A stretch of DNA of 64,000 nucleotides from Promethearchaeota archaeon. Lineage in GTDB: Archaea > Asgardarchaeota > Lokiarchaeia > Sigyniarchaeales > SOKP01. Location: assembly GCA_030599585.1 (NCBI GenBank), contig JAUVNS010000001.1:128001-192000 (forward strand), given 5' to 3'. Numbering within the stretch: the first letter of the stretch is position 1; every line of letters starts with the position of its first letter. Shown here in pieces: positions 56,664-64,000 of this stretch. Below the pieces are notes generated by a model, which was given only the letters and a program-made list of their open reading frames with translations, was not told the origin of the DNA and did no database searches. The translations under genes and the position numbers were made by a program.

Positions 56664-58850
56664 TTAACTTCTTTTTACGCATTGTTCTTTAGAAATTTGG
56701 TAATCTGTACAATTAGAACAGAAACCAATAATACCCTCTTCTTTAAAACTATCATTCCAACATTTTGGACAAATGTAATAGACATGACTTTTATTATTCT
56801 TCCTTTTTAGTATCTTGAATACATTAAAACCGCACTTTAAACAAGCCGTAGATTTTAATATGGTGATCCTTCCCGTTTTTGGAACTGAGAGGTAGGTTTT
56901 ACAATTTCGATCAGAACACGCCAGAAATCGTTTCTTTTGTGAAGTTGTAATTAATTTCATTGGATGATTTTTACAGGTTGGGCATTTTGAAGTAGTTTGA
57001 GGAAATTTTTTTTGAGATGTTTGCTGCATTGTCGTTTTTAAATTATCTTTAACGCTGTCAAATTTAATCGTTATTGTATTTTTCTCAGTACGAAATTTAT
57101 CAAACAGAGCTAGAAATATCTTTTTTACTATTGTTATAACATCTTCCTTTGTTTTCCTTTTCTCTTTTATATCTTCAAGTAAATTTTCAACAAATCGGGT
57201 GAAATCAGGTTTTAAAAACGGTAACCACACTTGAATTAGTTCCTGAATAAGAAATTTTCCCCATTCAGTTATTTTAAAGCGATTTTTAGCAATATTATAA
57301 GTTAATTTACGATCTAACAGAATCATTATTATTGTTGGACGAGTGGATTTTGTACCCAAATGTTCCCTCTCCATCAACTTTAATAAAGTTGTATCGGTAT
57401 AATGTGGTGGAGGTTGAGTTTTTTTATCGTCCAATAGGATTTCTTTAACTGGAAGTTCTTTGACTTCGATCTCAAATATTGGTTGGTAAGATTTTTTCAA
57501 AAAAGGAGCGATCTCATAAAACCCGCTCTGGGTTAACGAGACAAGGCGAGATGTAAATATTTCATCTTTGATTGATATCCTTAGTTTAATTCTCAATTCT
57601 GTTGCATGCTTACCGAAAAGAGCTAAATAATGTCGTGCCAATATGTCGTATACTTTTTTCTGGAGATTGTTTTCAAATTTTGAACTAGTTTGCTCTAAAC
57701 TTAGTAAAGGAGTAATGGGTGGATGATCTCCCGCATAAACTTTTCCTGTTGTTGGGTTCAATCGATTTTCTTTAAATAAATTTACTGTGTAACCTCCATA
57801 ATGTATGTGGGGTTTAAAATTTTCTAAATATGGAAGGTGGTTAAAATTGGGGCTGTATTTATCGCTATCAGTTCTTGGGTAAGAGATAATTTGGTTCAAA
57901 TATAACGAATTCATCGCATTCATGACAGATTTTGCGCTCGTTCTTAAAATTTTGGTTAACAATACAAGGGCTTTAGAAGTATTCAATGGCGTTGGGGGAT
58001 TAATTATACCCGATTCCTTTGTATTGTTTAAAATTATTGCTATTTTTTCGTTTTTAATTTTTTGAAATATGGCTTTGGCTTCGGATTCTTTCTCCTTAAT
58101 GAATGGATTTTTAGTATGCACAGCTTTTATAATATGACTTTTATGTTCTAAATTAGCGGAAATCGTCCAATATTGTTCAGGAATAAATTGTTCGATCTCG
58201 AGGTCTCTTAAATATATCAAATAGAGTAATGAAGTTTGTACTCTACCTATCGATACAAATTTATTATTAATCTCATTTAATATTGGTCTAAATGTATTTG
58301 TGACTTCCCTAGTACTTGAAAAGCCGATAACTGCATCGATAATTGCTCTTGCTTCCCCTGTTTCTCCCCAGCTCCATTTAGGGGAAATTAAATTTCTATA
58401 TTTTGATAATATCTCTTTTTTTTCTAATGAACTTAACCATAATTGGTTTACTTTAATATTTCTATTAGCTTTAATTACAAAAGGCAGTGCGTCAAAAAGT
58501 CCAATATTACACCCTTCGACATCGGCATCTGATGCAATCACACATTCGTCGCATTTTTTAGAGAAATCAATTAAAGCTTTAATATATGGATTAGCGTAGT
58601 TGATAGCGACTTTATCGATTGAATTTGGATTTGTAATGATTTCTCTAGGATCTGAATTAGTCCAGCTTTTAAATTGATCTGTATTTCTATACTCTAAAAT
58701 ATGACCTCGAAGAGGAACAACGTAAATACTTTTAGAATGTACTTGATAGACTTTTAGGTATTTTGATCTGTTTATGACCGTGACCGGCCCTAACGCCTCT
58801 GCGATTCTTTTAGCTGCTTTATTTTTTTCAGATATTATTAAAGTCGGCAT
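56664..58850 (-). CDS. topA: DNA topoisomerase type IA with C-terminal zinc ribbons
   Basis: ISEK...A..IA, GHI, SDAD.EG, GRVQT, ISYPRTDS (catalytic Tyr), DHPPITP, GTKSTR. Confidence 0.93.
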   Translation of the reverse strand: MPTLIISEKNKAAKRIAEALGPVTVINRSKYLKVYQVHSKSIYVVPLRGHILEYRNTDQFKSWTNSDPREIITNPNSIDKVAINYANPYIKALIDFSKKCDECVIASDADVEGCNIGLFDALPFVIKANRNIKVNQLWLSSLEKKEILSKYRNLISPKWSWGETGEARAIIDAVIGFSSTREVTNTFRPILNEINNKFVSIGRVQTSLLYLIYLRDLEIEQFIPEQYWTISANLEHKSHIIKAVHTKNPFIKEKESEAKAIFQKIKNEKIAIILNNTKESGIINPPTPLNTSKALVLLTKILRTSAKSVMNAMNSLYLNQIISYPRTDSDKYSPNFNHLPYLENFKPHIHYGGYTVNLFKENRLNPTTGKVYAGDHPPITPLLSLEQTSSKFENNLQKKVYDILARHYLALFGKHATELRIKLRISIKDEIFTSRLVSLTQSGFYEIAPFLKKSYQPIFEIEVKELPVKEILLDDKKTQPPPHYTDTTLLKLMEREHLGTKSTRPTIIMILLDRKLTYNIAKNRFKITEWGKFLIQELIQVWLPFLKPDFTRFVENLLEDIKEKRKTKEDVITIVKKIFLALFDKFRTEKNTITIKFDSVKDNLKTTMQQTSQKKFPQTTSKCPTCKNHPMKLITTSQKKRFLACSDRNCKTYLSVPKTGRITILKSTACLKCGFNVFKILKRKNNKSHVYYICPKCWNDSFKEEGIIGFCSNCTDYQISKEQCVKRS

Positions 58851-59052
58851 TAGGTTATAGGTTTTAAGTCTTCCATAATTTAGATTATTATTATTTTAAC
58901 TTTTATAAATAACAATAGAGCTATATATTTCTAATATATTTCTAATCGCTTTTAAATAAAAATATCTACTTTGAATAAGAAAATTCGTCTTATTATAATT
59001 TTTTGTTGTCGATATTGGTTTTGTTTAATAATCTTAAAAGGAAACGATTTTT

Positions 59053-62000
59053 TTATTTTGGGAGAGTAAAGCTAAATTCAGCACCTAAATCTCTTCCTTT
59101 TGATTCAACCCATATTTTTCCTCCATGCGCTTCTATAAAACCTCTAGCGATATACAATCCTAACCCACTTCCTTTATCGAAAGTTGAATATCCATCAACT
59201 CCTTGTTCAATTGTCACAAATTTACCAAATAACTTTTGAATTTCGTCGGGAGTCAAGCCTTTTCCGTTATCTTTTATGTTAAATAGAACCCTTTCATCTT
59301 CTTCTACAATAGAGATATCGATTTTTCCATTCTTGGGTGTAAATTTGACCGCATTCGACAAAAGATTTATCAAAGCTTGCGAAATTCTAAAGTTATCTAC
59401 TCTCATCTCAAGATTTTCGGGGACGTCTACATTAACCGTTAAATTTTTCTGACTAACTTGAAATTCTAAGTCAGAAAGACAGGTAATTATTATGTCATGA
59501 ATATTTTCTTCTCTTTTAACTAATTCTACCTTTTTTGCTTCGATTTTCATTACATCTAACAAGCGATTTATATACCCATCTAATCGGTGCACATTAGTTA
59601 AAACTCTATTTAAGTCCTCCTTAACCTCTTCTTTCAAATCCTTTTCTCTTAGAAGAATCAAATCGACATACCCTCCCACAGAAATTAGAGGTGTCTTTAA
59701 ATCGTGAGCAGCAATGCTGATAAAATCTGTCTTCAACCGATCTAGTTCTTTTAATTCAATATTTTGCTGTCTCAATATTCTTTCGGACTCTTTTAATTTC
59801 TCTTCAGCGAGCTTCTTTTCGGTAATATTTTGTATTATCGCTAAAATCATTAGTTCCCCACCTATATTAACGGCAGACAATTCAGATGCAACCCACATTG
59901 GTTTCTGATCTTTATTGTAAATTTTCGTGATTTGAGGTTTCATTATTGGATCAGATGGTTCCCCTTTAGACATCAAATCCTGAACCAATCTCAATCCGGG
60001 CATTGTTTCTTTGGGAAAAATATCCGTAAGAGTCAAATATTTTTTATCAATAAGGTCTTCTTCTTGATAACCAAAGAGTTTCGTTGTTGCCGTGTTCATT
60101 TCAATGATTTTGCCTTCAAAATTTAAAAGTACGATGCTAAATGGAGAATTTTCAAATAAGTGGCGATACTTTTCCTCTGATTCCTTTAGTTTTTTTTCAG
60201 CTCGTTTGCGATCGGTAATATCGCTAAAAGAAACCGCAAAAAATCCTTTTTTAGGGGAGTAGCCCGAAACTTTATACCAACGATCAAGTACTTCTGAATA
60301 ATCTTCTGAAGTTAATGGTTCTCCCGTGAGAGCCACTTTCCCATATCTTCCAATCCAATCTGCAGGATCATTCTCAATTCCAGGCAAAATTTCGGTTACG
60401 GTCTTTCCGATTATGTCACTTACTTTTAAACCAGTCAATTTTTCAAATTGGCTATTTGCTTCGATGTATCTATAATCTATTGGTTTGTTATCGTCGTTCA
60501 CTAAAACCTCGTGATAGGCAAAGCCCGTATTCATATTTTCAAACAATGAACGATATTTTTCTTCTGATTCCTTCAATTTCTCTTGAGCAATTTTTTGTTC
60601 TGTGACATCGGTTATAAGAGCTAAGTCAGCGAATCGCCCTAAATATGTAATAGTTTTACTGTAAGAATCTATCCATTTAATTTTTCCACTTTTAGTAATT
60701 AACCTATAGGAGCTGTACGCTGGGAGAGTAGAGGCGCCTAATTGTCTGTCCTTTAGGTATTCAATAGCTTGTTTTCGATCTTCGGGATGAATACTTATTA
60801 GTAATTCTTTTGGTGACCATTCCATCATTTCATCCATTGTATATTCATTAATTGCTAACATCGCATTGTTGACATACTTAATGTTGTCATCTTGAATAAT
60901 TACTATTCCAATTGTTGAGTGCTCAGTGATGGTCCTAAATTTCTCTTCTGATTCTTTTAACTCTTGTTCAGCTTTTTTTCGTTCGGTAATATCTAAAACC
61001 GTTACCAAATCTGCAGGTTTACCCATGTATTCAATACTCTTAGAATAATTATCCAACCATCTAATTTCTCCTGATCTATTAAATATCCGATACTGGTAAT
61101 TTGTTATATAATCCAACGAACCACCTTGCTTTTTTCTTAATTGTTCTACTACCCAGTTTCTATCCTCTGGATGAATGAATTCAAAAACTTTCGCAGGACT
61201 TAAATCTTTAGTTTCATCAACAGTATATCCAGTAAGACTCGTCGATAACTGATTAACATACTTTATTTTATTATCTTGGATAATCGCAATACCCATAAGA
61301 GAACTTTCGGCAATTGTTCTAAATTTTTCTTCAGACTCTCTAAGCTCTTTAGTTCTTTCTTGTACCTTTTTTTCTAATTCTTTGTTTAAAATCTTCAGTT
61401 CTTCTTCTGATCTTTGGAGCTTTAAATCAGCGGTTTTTTTTTCAGTGATATCTTGCATTATAACTTGAATAAGCGTCTTATCCCCTAGCTTAATTTTTGA
61501 ACTGGTTATATTTATCCATTTTTCTATCCCATCTGCTCGTGTCATTTTAAATTCTAACGCTTTCATTGGTTTGTCTTGAACAAAGCTATCAAATTTACTC
61601 TTAAAAAAAGGAATGAAATATTCTGGTCTTTCAAGCATTCCTAACACTTCTATAAAATTTTTCCCTACAAGATTTCCTCTCTTGTATTTCGAGAACATTA
61701 TGTCTGTAGTTGGATTACAATCAATTAGTACACCCTTTAAGTCAACTATCCAAATTGCATAAGGAGATCTTTCAAATAAGTGTCTGTATTTCTCTTCTGA
61801 TTGTCTAAACTTATGTTCTAACTCAGATCTCTCAGTAATGTCTCGGGTTATTCCATAAAAACCAATTTTTTTACCATAAGTGTCTTTATTTAAGTAAACG
61901 GAAGTTTCAACTATGACTTTCGTATTCTCTTTTTTAATGAACTCAAATTGGAAGTATTCTTGTGGTAAACCAGACTTATAAACCAAATTAAATATTTCAA

Positions 62001-62670
62001 AAACTTTCGTCTTATTCTCGTCGTTCATAATATGGTTATAGTTTATTTTCATCAGTTCATCAAATGAATAACCAGTCATTTGAGTGAAGGATTTGTTCAC
62101 ATATATGAAATTTCCCTCTAAATCTACTTCAAAATAGGCTTCTTTTATATTAGCGATAATTTGTCTGTATTTTTTTTCGAATGCTATTGATTTTTGAAAC
62201 GAAATTTTTTCATCCTTAGTTAGGAGTAACTTCCAAAATCGGATTTCCTGCATGTTCTCCGCTGATTTTTTTAAATCATCCTCCGTTTTAGTCCAAACCT
62301 CTTCTTTCTTTTTGAATTGAGAAATATCTTGAGTTGTAATCAAATATTTGGTTTCATGTGCTTCGTTTTTGAATAAGCGCCCTTTAAATTCATAAAATCT
62401 GAAATTATCACCATAACGAACCCTTAATGTTTCTATTGCTTTTTCAAACTTTAACACTCTTTGGAGAAAATCCACCCCACCCTGAGAATCGTTGGGGTGC
62501 AAAATGTCAGTCATTTTACCTTCTATTGTATTCAGATTTAAGTTTTTCAAAAGAAAATTTTCAGTGATGAATTCAAATTCGTAATCCTCGTTTAAAATGA
62601 AGATGGGATCGTCAAGATATTCTTTTAAGACCTCGCCTATATTATACCCAAAATTAGTAGTTGATGCCAT
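59053..62670 (-). CDS. Soluble multi-PAS (~7) sensor histidine kinase
   Basis: Repeated DITE.K.AE..L.ESEEK.R; AHDLKTPL, NLLSNAVKF, DNGKG, GSGLGL. Confidence 0.93.
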   Translation of the reverse strand: MASTTNFGYNIGEVLKEYLDDPIFILNEDYEFEFITENFLLKNLNLNTIEGKMTDILHPNDSQGGVDFLQRVLKFEKAIETLRVRYGDNFRFYEFKGRLFKNEAHETKYLITTQDISQFKKKEEVWTKTEDDLKKSAENMQEIRFWKLLLTKDEKISFQKSIAFEKKYRQIIANIKEAYFEVDLEGNFIYVNKSFTQMTGYSFDELMKINYNHIMNDENKTKVFEIFNLVYKSGLPQEYFQFEFIKKENTKVIVETSVYLNKDTYGKKIGFYGITRDITERSELEHKFRQSEEKYRHLFERSPYAIWIVDLKGVLIDCNPTTDIMFSKYKRGNLVGKNFIEVLGMLERPEYFIPFFKSKFDSFVQDKPMKALEFKMTRADGIEKWINITSSKIKLGDKTLIQVIMQDITEKKTADLKLQRSEEELKILNKELEKKVQERTKELRESEEKFRTIAESSLMGIAIIQDNKIKYVNQLSTSLTGYTVDETKDLSPAKVFEFIHPEDRNWVVEQLRKKQGGSLDYITNYQYRIFNRSGEIRWLDNYSKSIEYMGKPADLVTVLDITERKKAEQELKESEEKFRTITEHSTIGIVIIQDDNIKYVNNAMLAINEYTMDEMMEWSPKELLISIHPEDRKQAIEYLKDRQLGASTLPAYSSYRLITKSGKIKWIDSYSKTITYLGRFADLALITDVTEQKIAQEKLKESEEKYRSLFENMNTGFAYHEVLVNDDNKPIDYRYIEANSQFEKLTGLKVSDIIGKTVTEILPGIENDPADWIGRYGKVALTGEPLTSEDYSEVLDRWYKVSGYSPKKGFFAVSFSDITDRKRAEKKLKESEEKYRHLFENSPFSIVLLNFEGKIIEMNTATTKLFGYQEEDLIDKKYLTLTDIFPKETMPGLRLVQDLMSKGEPSDPIMKPQITKIYNKDQKPMWVASELSAVNIGGELMILAIIQNITEKKLAEEKLKESERILRQQNIELKELDRLKTDFISIAAHDLKTPLISVGGYVDLILLREKDLKEEVKEDLNRVLTNVHRLDGYINRLLDVMKIEAKKVELVKREENIHDIIITCLSDLEFQVSQKNLTVNVDVPENLEMRVDNFRISQALINLLSNAVKFTPKNGKIDISIVEEDERVLFNIKDNGKGLTPDEIQKLFGKFVTIEQGVDGYSTFDKGSGLGLYIARGFIEAHGGKIWVESKGRDLGAEFSFTLPK

Positions 62671-62834
62671 TTTATCTAATGACCTCTTAGACTTATAAGA
62701 TATTAAGTTCCTAATTTATATTTTAGTAAAGATTTTTAATAATGTTATTCTTTCCAACAACTCAAAGTTCTAATGGAAAAATTATAAGGAGATACATCTA
62801 ATCTCTTACATAATAATAAATAGATAATATTATA

Positions 62835-63437
62835 ATGGTTAATATCGAACCTTCTTTTGAAATCGATGAGAAAGGACGAGTAATCTGCCAATCTCACTCA
62901 AAGTATCCACTTTTTCTCCAACCAAATAAAACTCCCATTGAGGAAAGACAGATGGAGAACGAATTAACATGTCTTACATGTTCACACTATGAAAATGACG
63001 AATGTTATTTTCCGAAGGCTGAAATTGATAAAATAGAGTTGGATAGGTTAACTAGGTCACGATTTCAATGCAATCTCTGTGGAAATAAAATTGACCTTCC
63101 AATCACGATCATGCAAAAAATTTATTACGAAGTTAAATTCAACATGAAAATGCCTTTGGTTTGTTGTAATTGCTTTGAGAGCCTAAAAAAGAAGAAATTT
63201 GATGATTATTTTCTCAAAAGAATTTGGGAATCACTCAGTTTCTATCTACCTAGTATCTTATTGCTAATCAATCCTTTTCCACTTAATGTTATTGCAGTTT
63301 TAGGATATGTAGCTATCGTTATTGTATTTAAAGTAATTATCAAGCTAAAATTTCATTACAGCCTTTTTTTAGTGGATTTAATAAAGGGAAAAAAGTTTTA
63401 CGATAAGAATTTTAAGGATAAAATTGAGTCAACCTAA
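62835..63437 (+). CDS. Cys-rich zinc-binding protein with two C-terminal TM helices
   Basis: CQSH, CLTC...C, CNLC, CCNC; hydrophobic C-term. Confidence 0.75.
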   Translation: MVNIEPSFEIDEKGRVICQSHSKYPLFLQPNKTPIEERQMENELTCLTCSHYENDECYFPKAEIDKIELDRLTRSRFQCNLCGNKIDLPITIMQKIYYEVKFNMKMPLVCCNCFESLKKKKFDDYFLKRIWESLSFYLPSILLLINPFPLNVIAVLGYVAIVIVFKVIIKLKFHYSLFLVDLIKGKKFYDKNFKDKIEST

Positions 63438-64000
63438 ATTTCCAGCCCATCCCCTTACTTTTTTTCGCATTTTCTTTTGTTTTGCGATAATAAGGTCAAG
63501 CTCTTGATTAGATTTGTTTTTTAAATTCTCGATTTCTGGTACAAATTGATATTTAACAAAATAGTTTTTGATTTCTTTTGATATTAATTCTTCAGGGATA
63601 TCATTAGGATTTGTATAAAAATTGTTGTAGTTTTTCTCCCATAAGTCAAGAAAACTCTCAATAGAATCCTTATATTCAAAAATTGGTAGCGTTCCCAGAT
63701 TATTTACTGTAGTAATAGCAACATTTGCCCTCCCTACAGTAAAACGATTACCGTTAAAAGAAACTGCTATTCCACCTTCGTCCTTTAATCGTTGAAGCAT
63801 ATTAATATCGGTAATTGAGTCCCCTAGCGCAACAATCTCAGAAATTGGAACATTAGTCTCTTTTGATATTGTTTCAACGGCTAATTCTTTTCTAGTACCT
63901 CCTCTGACTTGAACTTGATTCATTGCCTTAATATAATCAGATTCTCGTTTGTTCCAAAAAAATTCGTTTAGATTTTCTAATACTGAGCTTAATTTTTTAT
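63429..64000 (-). CDS. HAD-like hydrolase (EhaR-like), 5'-truncated by the window edge
   Basis: GG..K, GDSITD..ML, SFNGNRF, R..VRG..G.LG. Confidence 0.75.
   Translation of the reverse strand, partial: KKLSSVLENLNEFFWNKRESDYIKAMNQVQVRGGTRKELAVETISKETNVPISEIVALGDSITDINMLQRLKDEGGIAVSFNGNRFTVGRANVAITTVNNLGTLPIFEYKDSIESFLDLWEKNYNNFYTNPNDIPEELISKEIKNYFVKYQFVPEIENLKNKSNQELDLIIAKQKKMRKKVRGWAGNLG

Overview
AT-rich archaeal chromosomal window. It is most likely from an Asgard archaeon of the Lokiarchaeia type, given the actin-related gene, Rab-like GTPase, IPG[YF]-type C-terminal sorting signals, two TFB paralogs, topoisomerase IA and Loki-style TPR/NosD proteins. It holds about 50 protein genes covering amino-acid catabolism (Thr dehydratase, Tdh+Kbl, BKACE, AOR), transport, redox and signalling. 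No rRNA, tRNA, CRISPR array or transposase was recognised. Highlights: (1) two neighbouring P2-scaffold P-type ATPases whose M4 PEGLP motif is PIN(I/L)P, i.e. the Glu->Ile swap typical of eukaryotic P4 lipid flippases, and whose M6 Asp is His; (2) an actin-related gene co-oriented with a coiled-coil/polyproline protein ending in a WH2-like helix+LKKI; (3) two small integrase-free islands, each bounded by a duplicated, slightly diverged 3' end of a protein gene, carrying surface proteins, gene fragments, a structured GC-rich element and a degenerate Rab-like pseudo-GTPase; (4) two genes that appear to need non-AUG (ATA/ATT) starts, one missing from the ORF track. All calls are from reading motifs by eye; no database searches were run.
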